Shown here: piece after piece, positions 42,104 through 55,680 of the stretch
Layout: each line of letters begins with the position of its first letter
How positions within the stretch are numbered: the stretch's first letter is position 1
Assembly (NCBI GenBank): GCA_043228905.1
Contig: JBHGNT010000013.1
Coordinates: forward strand, 15,500,001 to 15,564,000
Source of the DNA: Azolla caroliniana
Lineage: Eukaryota > Plantae > Polypodiophyta
Direction: 5' to 3'
Length of the DNA: 64,000 bases
Notes under the pieces: model-generated
What the model saw: the letters and a program-made list of their open reading frames with translations, nothing else
Told to the model about the DNA's origin: nothing
Database searches by the model: none
Made by a program: the position numbers and the translations under genes

Positions 42104-42796
42104 TTGCCATATTGGATTTGCCAACACACGAGGCGAATTACCACGTTCCAATGGTTATTAATACATAAGTCACTACCGGTGGGAGCATGGCAACGTGGGA
42201 ACCTTAGCTCTCCTAATTGTGTAGAGTGTCCAAATGTAGTAGAATCAATACGACACGCTCTATGGGACTGCCCAACGTCCCATCGAATATGGCGAGGGGG
42301 GGGGGGGGGGGGGGTTGGCCGTTTGTTGCAATTATGCCAGGTGTAAGGCTCAATAAAGTGGGGAAAAATATGTTGGCTATCATGGCAGACCCCAGTTGGC
42401 AGATATGAGCATCAAGAGGAGGGGATGACTTTGGTGATAAAAGCACAAGAGGTTTTTTTTTCCACCATCGGCAATGTCCACTCAACTCCTCTTAATGACA
42501 AATCTCAAGTTGTGTTGGAATTGGTCAGCTCAATAACTCTTTGGATTCTATGGAAACAACAGTGTAGATGGGTCTTCTCCAACCAAACCGCACATCCCAC
42601 AATGTTACTGCAAGAGATATGGAGTGAAATTGTAGCCACTCTAAAGAGCCAATATGATGGCCTCAAGGGCAGCTCCGATGGAGTTGAAAGACAACGAATA
42701 GCCTTCATCCAACAATGGTTGTCCTCTCCCTTTCTTGAGTCAGTGGGCATCCACATAAGATGGAACTATCGCGTCCCTACAGGGATTTGTACATAA
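42104..42796 (+). mobile_element. LINE (L1-like) ORF2 3' fragment with zf-RVT domain
   Basis: FQWLLIHKSLPV...CVECPNVVESIRHALWDCPTSHRIW and ITLWILWKQQCRWVFSN. The frame is broken near a poly-G run. Confidence 0.85.
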
Positions 42797-44470
42797 TCAT
42801 CTTGTTTGTAAAATTTTATAACCAATGGAAGGAGTTTTTTTTGGAAAAGAAAAAGCAAACCAAATTTGGACATTTTTGACATGGTGACTGTTTTTTGCCA
42901 AATCATGACATTTGGCAAGACAATCCGTAATTCTTAAATATGGTCTTTGGCTCCATTGATGTTTGCAACAAAGCCAACTTGTTACAAAGTGAACATACCT
43001 TTTGGCAAAAAACACTATTCTAGAATAAGGATACTTGGGAATAAATGAAGCCTTCTTTAGCCCAAACTTCCGAAAGCTCCTTGTCTTCAGATAAGAGTTC
43101 CTTTTTACATTTTTGGAACATATATTTGGGTATGTACGACAAAAAGAAAAACGATTTTATTTGGTCGATGCATAAACTGAATGTTTGTGTTTCCTTGATT
43201 CATAATGGGGTTTCACTACTATATGAATTTTGGAAATGATTTCAAACATGCCACATGGGTATCGTGACTAATAAGAAGCCTCAAAGATATCATGAAATTA
43301 TTGATATCAAGGAAGCTTTGGTAGATCATATGAAGTCCTCCATTAAGAATGAAGAAAATGAGGCTAAGCATATTGATGTATTACCTAATTGAGAAAATGC
43401 CATGATGGGGTCCTTGGAATTTGCCAATACAAACAATTGTTTAGGATTGCACACTTATGTTTACACCATAATCAAATTTCTATGAGGGATTAATTTTAAT
43501 AAGTAAATTAGCTAAACTTCATCTATAGGAATAAATAGGATAAATGTTAAGACCTATAACACTTTTCCAAACAATTACCCCAAACGTAGGAACCAACACA
43601 CCAAAGCTAGTGCTCATCCCATCAAGCTCACATGAACTACTAGCACGAACCATGTGTATCATGAAATCAAAATATTCTAAGACATAGCAACTGCCATAAG
43701 GATTTATGATGAAGGCTACTCAACACTATTAACTACCCAAGACTATTGGTTCCCACATTATTGATTAGGCTTATCTTTAGCTTTAGTGCATAATTATGGA
43801 ATTGTAATAGACTTCCCTACTTGCCACATGTACATTCTTAATGAACGGAGAAATAAGAACGAGCAATCTCAAGATTGTACAATTACTAATTGTGTGTATC
43901 TCAAACACCTTAATTCGACTCCCAATGCATAATTAATGTGAAGTTATATCTTCTGCTCCTAGAAATTTTTATTGCAATTAAATTCTCATAGGATTGGAAA
44001 GGGCGATGGACATATTGAAGCTTTAGTAAATAGTTAGAAAGTGGGTAATATATGTATCTTCGTATGTATGTGCTTGTGAGCGCATGAATTGTGTGAACTA
44101 TCGTTAGAATTCTATAAAATTATCCTCTAGAATGCCCCTTGAAAGAGCTGTTCATGAGTGAAATCATGATCTAAAATAATACCCTTGACGTCTTTCTTTC
44201 TTTCATTATATCCTAAAACATCATTGAAGGGGCCATTTGGGAGATCAAATTCTCTCCCATATAGTTTTAGTAAAGATATGTGAATCAGAAACTCTCCTAA
44301 ATGGTGTTGAGATGGCCACACATACATACATAGGTTGGTGTTGCATTACAAATTTTTACAATTTACATATGTAACAGTATAGTATATATGTACATATATG
44401 TCAGTTGGGTTCATTTTTTCTTACCTGGCAGGGAACTCTGTTCAAAACAGAGCTCTTCTATGCCCTCCCA

Positions 44471-47247
44471 ATGACAAAGCTGATGCTTGAAGGTCTCATC
44501 AGAGACCCCTCCAAGGTCTCTGTCAATCCACACTCTCAGGTATGCGTGAAACCTCATCCTCTCCATATATTTTTCGGATTTTGAAACCCTAACATTTTCA
44601 GACTTTGCTAACCTTTTGACAGAGAAGCCTCAAATCCCATGATGTCAGACAAAAACGGAGAGGAGAGTCATCGTGGATTGACATTAAAGAGGAATCACAA
44701 AAGCCGGGATCCTCTGGTAAGCTTTTGAATCTCATAAAGTCATGTCGAAAAGAAAAGAATCTATTGAAAGCTCGAAGCATACATGCTGATGTCCTTAACA
44801 AAGGTCTGATTGCGAAGGATGTTTGTATTGCCACTGCCCTTATTACAACATATGCCAAATGTGGCGCTTTGCGTGAAGCACGTGAATTATTTGAACAGCT
44901 TCCAGTGCGTGATGTTGTATCTTGGAGTGCCCTGATTGGTGGGTACGCCCAAAACGGGCTTGGTCGTGAAGCTTTGAAATGCTTTCAAGAGATGCAAGAT
45001 ATGGGAGTACGTCCCAATGCAGTGACCTATGTTTGCATTTTGAAAGCTTGTGGCATTGTGGGGTGTCTTGAGATTGGGGAAGAAATTGATGCAGAGGTCA
45101 GGAAGCAAAGGCTACTGGAGAAAGATTTCGTACTTGGGACTGCATTGGTGGACATGTATTCCAAGTGCGGTGCACTGGAGAAAGCACGAGAAGTGTTTGA
45201 GCATCTTCCAGTGCAGGATATTGTTTCTTGGAATGTGTTGATCACTGGATATGCCCAACATGGACTTGGTGATGTAGCATTGAAGTGCTTCAGTCAAATG
45301 AAAGATGCGGGAGTCTGTCCAGATGCGGTAACTTACATTTGCCTCTTGAAAGCTTGTGCAACTGTGGGATCTCTAAAGATTGGTGAAGATATAGATGCAG
45401 AAGTCAGGAAGCAAGGGTTATTACAGAAAGATATCGTGCTCGGCAATGCGTTGATAGACATGTACTCTAAGTGTGGTGCATTAGAAAAAGCACGAGAAGT
45501 GTTTGAAAATCTGCCAATGCGAGATACTGTGTCTTGGAATTCCCTGATTGCTGGATATGTTCGAAATGGTTTTGGTGATCAAGTTTTGAAATGCTTTGAA
45601 TCGATGCAAATTAAAGGAATTTATCCTGATGCAGTGACTTATGTTTACATTTTGAAAGCTTGTGGAATGGTGGGGTGTTTGGAGATTGGGGAAAGTATAG
45701 AAGCCAAGGTTAGAAAGCAAGGGTTATTGCAAAATGATATTGTGCTTGGCAATGCAGTGGTGGATATGTATTGCAAGTGTGGATCCCTGGAGAAAGCACA
45801 AGAAACATTTGAGCAGCTTACAGAGCGGAACATTGTATCTTGGAATGCTCTAATTGCAGGATATGCCCAAAATGGGCATGGTGATGAAGCGTTGAAATAT
45901 TTCAAAAGAATGCAAAATGAGGGAATTCGTCCAGACAACATTACTTATGTTTGCAGTTTGAAAGCTTGTGGACTTGTGGGATCTCTAGAAATTGGGAAAG
46001 ATATAGAGGCTAGTGTACGGAAGCAAGGGTTACTAAATAAAGATGTTGTGATTGGCACTGCATTGGTGGATATGTATTTCAAATGTGGTTCATTTGAGAA
46101 AGGGCGAGAAATATTTGAGCAGCTTTCAGAGCGTAATGTTGTGTCTTGGAGTGCCATTATTGCTGGATATGCTGAAAATGGATTCGGTGATGAAGCATTG
46201 AAATGCTTTAGACAGATGCACGATGAGGGAGTCTGTCCAAATACAGTAACTTATATCTCTGTTTTGAAAGCTTGTGGAATTGTGGGGTGTCTAGAGATCG
46301 GGGAGGATATAGGCACTGAGGTAAGAAAGCAGGGATTGTTGTCAAAAGACGTTGCAATCGGCAACGCGTTAGTGGACATGTATTCCAAGTGTGGCGTGTT
46401 TGAAAAAGCAAAAGAAGTGCTTGAGGAACATCCAAAGCGGAATGTTGCGACTTGGAATGCGTTGATGGTCGGATATGCCCAAAATGGACTTGGTGATGAA
46501 GTATTGAAATGCTTCAGACAAATGCAAAATGAGGGGTTCTATCCAGACGTAGTTACTTATGTTTGTGGTTTGAAAGCTTGTGGAACTGTGGGGTCTCTAG
46601 AGATTGGGGAACATATAGATGCCGAGATCAGAAAGTGGAAGTTATTGGAGAAAGACGCTGTGCTTGGAACTGCACTGTTGGACATGTATTCCAAGTGTGG
46701 TGCACTGGGGAAAGCACAAGAAGTGTTTGAGCAGCTTCCAGAGCGGAATATTTTGTCTTGGAGTGCCCTGATTGCTGGATATGGCCAGTTAGGCCAAGCT
46801 AGTGTTGCTTTCAATGTGTATACTAGAATGAGGACCGAAAATGTTTTGCCAAATCTGGTTACCTTCATTGTTTTGCTGAGTGCATGTAGTCATGCAGGTC
46901 TACTGGAGGAAGGAGAGCGGCTGTTTGGTGAGATGTGCGTTATCTATTGTCTCACTCCTACACTAGAACACTATACCTGTATGGTCGATCTATTTGGCCG
47001 CGCAGGATGCTTTGACACAGTGAATACATTGCTTGACAAGGTTCCCCATTCTGGCCATCTTCCACTATTACAGAGTATATTGAGCTCTTGTAACAAATGG
47101 AGGAATGTGAAGCTTGGGAAATGGGCATTTGAGCAATTAGTTCAGCTGGATGAAAAATATGCCGCTGCATATGTCTGCATGGGAAATATATATGCAGGAG
47201 CTGGAATACAAAGGCAGGTGGAATATCGAGACATTGAGAGTGGATGA
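44471..47247 (+). CDS. PLS-class PPR protein, tandem paralog of 38448-41119, truncated in E2 by a frameshift; exons 44471-44539, 44623-47247
   Basis: Six P-L-S triplets plus P2-L2-S2-E1 and most of E2, highly similar to the upstream paralog. A possible further acceptor at 44431 means the start is uncertain. Confidence 0.9.
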
Positions 47248-47508
47248 TAATGCAAGGATGAGACGAGGGGTTTATTGGTGGAGTGATGCCATTAAAACTG
47301 TGCACTCACTTGCTGTGGCTGATCAAATCCATTTGCAGAGTACTCATATATGCATGTGCATGGTGGTAAACTATGGATACGAAATTTTCCCGATAAACCA
47401 ATCACCATGAGACCTGCTGAAACACGCATGGGATCAGGCAAAGGATCTCCAGAGTATGAGAATGTCTTGTGAACTATGGAGTATAGGAAGTTGACTGTTG
47501 CACATTAA
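47225..47508 (+). pseudogene. Decayed out-of-frame DYW:WW domain remnant of the second PPR gene
   Basis: IETLRV...[19 protein letters not shown] aligns with IEALRV...KCCWWIDANRNMHSFVVSD of the paralog. YRKLTVAH* at 47482-47508 resembles HSEKLAIAY. Confidence 0.8.
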
Positions 47509-50250
47509 AAAGAAGTCATACCTAGTTAAGAAAGTAGAGGGAAGATAAAGAAGAATGATTCATAGACAAATTTTCAAAGGCTTAACCTGATTTTGAGCTA
47601 GGTTGCTTGGACTTGGTTGATTTAGCTAAGTTAAACTGCTGAGCATGTGAACATGGATATTATTGTCATAGAGGCACAAGGGTAAAAATCTTCAATGCAT
47701 GGCCAGTCATTTGACGTTTTATTAGGTGCTTTCTTGAGAAAAAGAATATATGGTGCTTAACAACTAAAGGTCAATACATGAATGAAAGCAGAATCCCAAA
47801 TAGATGTGCAAGTTGCAGCAAGGTTTTCCTACACCTTAATTCAATTGTCACGAGGATGTGAAATTGGATTAACATTTTTCAACCCTATCCCTCAGAAAAT
47901 GTTTGGACAATATTGGTTAAGATAAGATGGATTATATTATGCCGTACTAACGTTTCCAATGTTACTTTAATCTTTGATGATGTTCACAATTTTGTGCTGT
48001 TCACATGCTCATATGATGAAATCACCTGGACGTTACACATATTTTTGCTAAATAGACACAAAATATCAAACACAGATATTTGTATTTATAATGCTATATA
48101 TATATGTGTACGGTTATGAAGTATACCTTTTCTACCTACGGCAAGACTGAGATAATGAAGACTTGTGAAATCAGTAATTCAGAAAAGAGTGGTTATTATG
48201 TGATAATTTATTTATACATGATAGTAATGATTTGTTATTTTGTTTGAGTTACAAGGCTAGTATAAAACATGTGGTGTTTAATAATCTTTGTAGAAGAATC
48301 TATCATCTGTCAAATTTGTTCAATGCTGGCATCCAAAATCAATTAACATTAAACATTGGGTAATACTAACATCATCATGACGAAATCATTTCTCCTACAT
48401 TAGCCAAATGTATAAACATGATTCATAGAATGGTCCTTGCATGCACAGCTAACTGGAAGTTCCATGCATCTCATGGAAACCTTGATTATCTCTCTCATAC
48501 TGTGATATAAGTTGTTTAATCACACGGATTGATTGCTAACTGAACTCCAAAATGTGGACATTAGTTTGGCATTAGGCTCAGTATAAACCTTTCCTCACTA
48601 ACCTTACAATCTAACAAATCTACTGTTTGTACACAATTTAGATTTTTTGGGCCTTGTTATTTTTATCTTCCTACATTTCCTTTATTCTCACTTAATTCTG
48701 AACCTGTGGTCCTTGGATTTCTTTCGGCATTTGTTTATTGCCATGTACATTTTTTTTGTTTACCCTATAGCAATTCAGATAAAGATAAATATTAAAAAAC
48801 ATTAGGAATGAAGCGATGTGAAAGTAGAAGATATATAAATCCCCAATGGGACAATTCTTTCTATGTTCACTTTTTTGTTTTATTTGCAGCCAAGGTATTG
48901 GGCAACTTTAATGTGCACATGAGAGCTTGATAAAATGTCAAGGACCTCCAAAAGACTACAAAACAATATGTGGAATTGAGGTCTTGTTCTTTAAGTTAAG
49001 AATAAAAAAGAGCTTGAGAGCTTCACATTTTAACGACTTTTTGCATGCATGCACATAATATATAATTAGGTCTATATTTTCAGCCCTTTGATATGGGGCA
49101 TCCCCTATGCAAAGGGCACCTACATGAAACCAGTCTTTCTCTAAATGTCATATGCAATCAAGAAATCCCATGAAGTTGGGGGTTATTTAAATCTAAAAAC
49201 TTGTCTAAATTTAAGATGCACTAATACTATATGCATCAATTTACATTTCCGGCATTCTTGTCGAACCCTAAGGAGACATCACATTTGGAAAACACTCATT
49301 TCTATAAAGAAGTCTCATGAAGTTGAAACTAATCAAACATCCTCCACGCTAAAAGAGTTTAATATTGGCATAATGTTTTGTGATAATAATAAAAACAAGG
49401 ATACGCTTTTAGATTGACACATTTGAAATGTAAGTTGGACATGTAAAAATGTCATTACATGATAAAGAAAAAATTAATCAATTCATTATTCAATTATGTA
49501 TTTACATGTCCAAGTGAATAGAGTATCATGTATATTAATAAACTCAAAAGAGGAATTGAAACTCCATTTGTTTACCCCTTGTCCATGATTCCATGATTTT
49601 AAGCTTGGAGATAGATAATGAGAATGATTTGAGATTGAGGGATTAGGAGAGTAAAAATGGACATGTAAAAATAATGATTATCTTACAACATTAATAATTT
49701 AACCTCCATTTATTTACATATATCCATGGGAGTGGTGTGTTTGAGATGGAAAGACAATGATTTGAAAATTGAGACCCGCAAGATTTGATATGTCGTTGGA
49801 TATGTAAGACAATTATTAATTTCATAAAAATAGGTCAATTACTTGTACATATCAATGAGTATGGATGATATATAAAAAGAAATTTGTTTGAGATGACAAG
49901 GTCAAAACATTGTTTTGTGAGGATGGGTTCAATTGAATATGGTATCCATATTTATAAATTATAATATACACATATCCAATGGCATCCCATAATTGGAGAT
50001 AAGTGAAGAAAGTTGGTGAAGCCAAGTATGTCCTTTGAATGTGTAAAATAATGCTCGTATTTTAAAGACTAATGGTCTATTAAGCGGAAAGATAATTAAG
50101 AAACTATCTCTATGTTTTATGCAAGAAATAAGCGCTCTCATAAAATATATGTGCTCAAAAGGCAAGGCAATTTCCAAGGAATCTTTTGTGCTGCTGATTG
50201 ACAATTTTGTGAAGGCAAAAACCAAAGGCTAATATGCCAAATAATCGGTG

Positions 50251-50370
50251 CCCTCTCAACATCGCCAAAACCTTGCATAATGCTTAAATGCCCTATTGAA
50301 TGTTCTCTTATCTCCCTCTCAACATCGCCAAAACCTTGCATAATGCTTAATGCCCTATTGAATGTTCTCT
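50251..50370. repeat. 63-bp-period direct tandem duplication
   Basis: CCCTCTCAACATCGCCAAAACCTTGCATAATGCTTAA... occurs at 50251 and again at 50314. Confidence 0.9.
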
Positions 50371-51423
50371 TGTCTCCTACCAATTAGTCAACACTTTGAT
50401 TCATTTGTCTTTGTCTTTGTCTCTTTCTCTCTCTTAAAGATTATTTCTAATGTTAAGCATAAAATAAGGAAATAGATAGAAGATAGTGAAGAGAATGAGT
50501 GAGAATGAAGGGATTGAGACGGATTCGAGCCTTGAATGATGTCCCATACCACCACCATGGCATCAACTACTTGCCACAAGATCACAAGCTCGACGTAGTC
50601 GAATAATTTGTTAAATGAGGATAGATAAGCCTCATATTTATAGCTAAACCTAAGGCCCCCAAGCAAGTTCACACTTGGCCCTTAAGAGTTGTCCCAAACC
50701 CTTAAAGTAATCCTCCATTCTTTACACTCAATCAATCCTCACATATTTTTCCTCGTGTGTAGAACACTATGGTACAAACTAACACAAGAGGTCATCACTC
50801 TACTAGAACACTCTCTTTGGTCGAAAAGGTCATATTTGATTTTGCCACATAAGTCAATATCTATTTAATCCCATAAGAGGACATTTAACGACAAAAATAA
50901 AATCCATCTGCCCCAAGGAGGTTAATATAGCTTAGCTTTCTTTCTCTCTTTCTCTTTCTAAACAAAAGTTTGAATGGTCATCACTCTCCTAGAACAAATA
51001 TTTCATCTTTGGCAACTTCGCAAGATAGGGTCTTGAAAGCATTTATATTATATACCTGAAAACAGCTTTGATGTCTTTAGTGCCCAAAATTTACAGACAA
51101 ATTTTGTTAAATCTTCAAGATATAAGCTTTGAAGCTTATTTTATATACTTGAAGACAGCTTTAATGTGTGTAGTACTTTGGTAGACTTCATATACACATG
51201 TATACTGCATACAACCCTCATAGTTGGAATATTTAACAATTGCAAGATACTGCCTGGAAAGCTTATTTTATATATCTCAAAACAGCTTTAATGTCTGAAG
51301 TACATTGGTAGAGTATACATATATAGTACATACAGCTCTGGCAACTTGATTTCCGCGACCTCTGTTGGGGGTTCTCAAAAACAATTTGATGATAAAAATA
51401 TAGTTATTTGGTTGCGAGACTCT

Positions 51424-54400
51424 TCACTCAATCACTCTTTCACCCGTGGCATATAAATTCCAAAACAAGGTGCTCAAGATATACATGATCGAAGTGAGAG
51501 TTAAAAATGCTTGAAAGGAACCCAACCATTGTATGAAATATCCTATTCCAATCGTGCTGATGATAGCACCCATGGTGCCAACAGTGTTGGCCATTCCTGT
51601 AAATAGACACACACAGTCAAACCAAGCAAAAAATCGGCAGGTAAAAATTTCTTGACTTCCTTGCTTACCGTGGAGTAATCCAGCATACCTAGGAGCAACT
51701 TCCTGCCAAATCCAACAAGCACGCTTAATAATGTGATAGAAACAAATTTCAAACCTTCCATGCCCTCTAAGACAAACATAGTTCGGGCGTTCTCAAGTCC
51801 CACCCACAGAAAACACAATAAAACTATTTTCAATCTGTTTGGAAACCTTTGGCTGTACTTTACAGCAAAGGTTTTTGATGGATAGATTTACCCAAATTTA
51901 CAACAAATATCAAATTTTACTGGTTACATTTAACAATCCAAATGTTTACGAAAAGAGGAAAGATTAGCCAAAGTTTTTCTACACTTTTATGGTTAAATTC
52001 ATCCACTGTATCTCTTCATGAGTCTTTCTTATGTTTTATATCCCAGCAAAAGAGACTGAAAACGTGGGAATACTTAATCAACAAGAAAAATAAATAGAAG
52101 AAGAAGCATATACTTGAAAATTGACAAGAAAGCCTGCTTGGCTGAAGGCACTTGCACCAACTGCAACAGTAAGCCATGCGGCTGCAACGCTAGCACTTTT
52201 GCAAAAATTTAATGCAATAAGGGCAATGGCTGGCACCACAAACCCAATTGACTGCAATAAAAAATTCCTTGAACTTTTAATCCACAGTTAAATTTACAGA
52301 AGCAACGTTTAAACCATAGTTGAAATCTAGTTAACTTCTCAGCTTTTGAACCATAAATGGATCGTTTTTTCGTTCTATCAGTCAAGTCTTATACAAATTG
52401 CTTCCCTACTTTTTGCTCTATTATTTTAATATGCTCATATTTTTTATAATGGAGATGGTGTGATCTTTTGGCATGCCTTACCTGCATTATCTTCCTCACC
52501 ACAGTAATGCTTAATCCATATTCAATGAGAAAATCAGAGCATGTCCCTGCAAAACATCCTACGGCTGCCATCATTGTCCATGGCACAGCACTATACCATG
52601 ATGCTTGTGTTAAGTTCACGCCATACACCTATATTCAACATTTTATTGAACTCATCAACAATGAATCAAGGTATGCAACCTTATCTACTTATAAATATAG
52701 TCCTGGCAGTATAACTTACCGAGCTAAAATAAATCGGCATCCATGATAAGAGGACAAAATATCCCTGCAGAATAACATAAATTATAATCTCAGGTCTTTG
52801 TATAATGACTCCATGATGTTAACTATTGTCATTATAATACATCTTTTTTGGTTTAGTTAGGTCAAAAACAATTTTCCGCCTATTGATATAGGACTCATGA
52901 GCATGGCTAGTTTCCAATATCAGAAGATGGATGGCTATCCAACATATCAGCCCTATCCACACATATATACACATCTTCCTAAATTATGTGATAGGGAGAC
53001 ATGATCATCATGAAGGTATTGAAATCAGTAAAATGATACCAACATTTCATTAGATTTACATTTTGCCAAAGAAACTAGTATCAATAACTTACCCAATTAT
53101 TCATGAAATTGGCTACAATTATAGCCCATGATGGTAGTTTGCTGAGCAATAACCCAAAAGGTAGAGATAATTGATCTCGTTCAGCAGAAGTCGAAGTGGG
53201 AGAAGGAACAATATTGCTCTTGGAAACAGTCTTGTTTTTTTGCTGTATATATTGAAGCTCCAACTTGTCGATATTCGGATGGGTTTGTGGATTATTTGTA
53301 ACAAACGAGAGCCAGAAGAAGAGCCATACAGCTCCAATAAGCCCGAATGTAAGAAAAGGCATATCTACACCAAAGGCAGAAATAAGAATTGGTGAAGCTA
53401 ACAATCCCATTACAATGCCAAGGTGAAATCCTGCCATTGACATGCCCACCGCTCTGGCTCTTTCTGTGCGGGGAAACCAGCTGCAAAGAATGTTGAAAAA
53501 CTTTGATCTTAGCATCATTGTATAAGCGAGGCTTGCATGAACCAAGAGCATTTACAATCTAATCAAACAAGAAATTTTCTAGCATTTATAACTTCCCGCA
53601 TGATGTTTGATTTGATGTTATGAGCTTATATAAGCCAGATATCACCATGAGCCTACTTTTCACAATAAAGTTCCTGACATTTTCCAATTTGGGAAAGGGC
53701 CCATTTTCACTCATGTTTCACTTTCAGTGACCAGCATTATGAGAGTCTGTGAGCCAGAGCACAACTAGACCCAGGGCCACTTTAACAACAGAACTTCCTG
53801 ATATATTGCCATTTGGCAAGAACCCCCTTTCCCTCATATTTGCCTAAAGTGTTCAACAGATCGTCTGGAGGCTATGGTCCACATAAACTAGTGAAGTACG
53901 CTCCACCTCACCTGCCGAAGTTCATAAATGCTAGGTCCAAATCCACAATGTGGCCAGAAACTTAGTGTGGAAAAACCATTAAGAACTTTTTGCATTGGTC
54001 TATCACACCACTTATAAGGCATTACCAAGAAACCAATTGACTTTTTTCATGGGAAACAACAGGGTTTCTAGCAAGACTTATCATTACTAATAAACAAAGT
54101 TGAGTTTTTAATTGGGAGATTTACCTAGTTAGCATGTTGTTCATGGCAGGCATGGCGACACCTTCAGCGACACCCAGGAGGACACGCATTGTGATAAGGG
54201 CAAGGATCGATTGCTGGGCAGCCCAAGGTGTGAGCACGGTTGCGAGAGACCACACGGACAATCCACAAGCCATCACATTCTTGCCTCCATAACGGTCCAC
54301 TAGAGCCCCTCCAACAATAGGAGAGAGCACATAACCCCACAGGAAAGACGACTACGCATGACGAGGGGACGAAAATGTTAAACGTCTCAAACTCAACCCT

Positions 54401-55288
54401 TCTAGAAGATTTTCTAACACAAAATTTACCCAAAATGTTATGGTCTCAAGGTTTCCAGAGGTCTCTGGAAGTTGCTTCAAGTTTCTCGGAAGATGTATTC
54501 CAAAAGAGATTTTCTTAGAACACAAAAAAGTAAAGATCTAGATTGAAGAAAATTTTGGAAGTCTCTACAAGTTTTGAGAAGTTTCGCAAAATGTCTAGTT
54601 AACCTCTGGGAGCTTTAAGAAGCCTTCGGAAATCATCTCAAGTTTGTAGGAGCTTTCAGAAGTTTTGGCACCGGAAGTTTCAAACGAAAATATAAGTTTC
54701 AAGAAGATTGAATTACTCTATTACCTGGACAATTCCAGAGAAGCTTGTGCTCCAATTGTAGAGAGAGGAGAGGCGAACGATGGCAACTGACATGATCACC
54801 CTGTCGGCATTACAGAGGGCCATCGCAAACGCGACAAGGGCCAACACTTTGATTCGTTGCGAAGAGAGAAATGAGACCGAATTATGGTGCTGATGAAGGC
54901 GAAGAGATGCGGGGCCGAGATCTACAGGGACATCGTACAGGTCTGACACCAAGGTATCGGAAGGAGAAGAAGAAGAAGAAGAAGAAGAAGAAAAAGATGA
55001 TGAAAATGACGAAGACGATGATGATGGAGAAGAGGAAGGGATTGGAAGGAGAGATGATCGAGGGGGGCGGTCCCAAGGAAGCGAAGCAGAGAAAGAAGAA
55101 GACAGCGGTGATGGCGAGGAGGGAGGGAGAGAAGAAGAGTAGGAAGTAGAGGTAGAGAGAGATGCTTCTGTTGCTGAGAGAGAGGAAGGAGAGAGAAGGG
55201 AGGTGTGGCGATGGCGATGGCGATGGCGATGGCGATGGCGAAGAAGTGGCGGAGCAGAGAGGAGAGAGAGCTGCGCCGTGGCTGCCAT
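51424..55288 (-). CDS. PHT4: Plastid PHT4/ANTR-family MFS anion (phosphate) transporter, PHT4;2/4;3-like, about 571 aa; exons 55288-54725, 54351-54125, 53480-53093, 52764-52720, 52628-52482, 52251-52114, 51702-51669, 51596-51424
   Basis: Ser-rich transit-peptide-like N-terminus. Motifs LCNADRVIMSVAIV, GIVQSSFLWGY, LVDRYGGK, WFPRTERARAVG, LLSWMPIYF, VRKIMQSIGF and APRYAGLLHG. Eight GT-AG exons sum to 1716 nt, in frame. Confidence 0.95.
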
Positions 55289-55620
55289 AGTTAGTTAGTT
55301 AAGGTGGAGGAACAGGGGATTGATTCTCTTCTTCTTATTCTTCTTCTTCTTCTTCTTCTTCTTCTTCTTCGTCTGTTTCTTCTGTTTATTTAGCAAGCAG
55401 CAGCCTTTTTCTTTGTTTCTTCCTGAGGAGAGACGAGTTCGTCTTCTTCCTCTCTTCTTAATACAATGTTATGTTTTATGTTTTATGTATGTTTTTTTTA
55501 TATACATATTCAGATGTATCGATTGCTTTAAACGTTTTGGGGGGTTTTCCTGTCCACGAGTCTTCTGTTGAACGTTCGCTCCTCCTCCTTTTCTCCATTC
55601 GCCTTCCAATTTATTAATAA

Positions 55621-55680
<60 letters not shown>

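Noticed and set aside
51037-51300. Three imperfect ~40-bp repeats downstream of PHT4, and small duplications at about 10085-10265, 10528-10575 and 25690-25792
   Set aside because: These are ordinary local duplications with no evidence of function.
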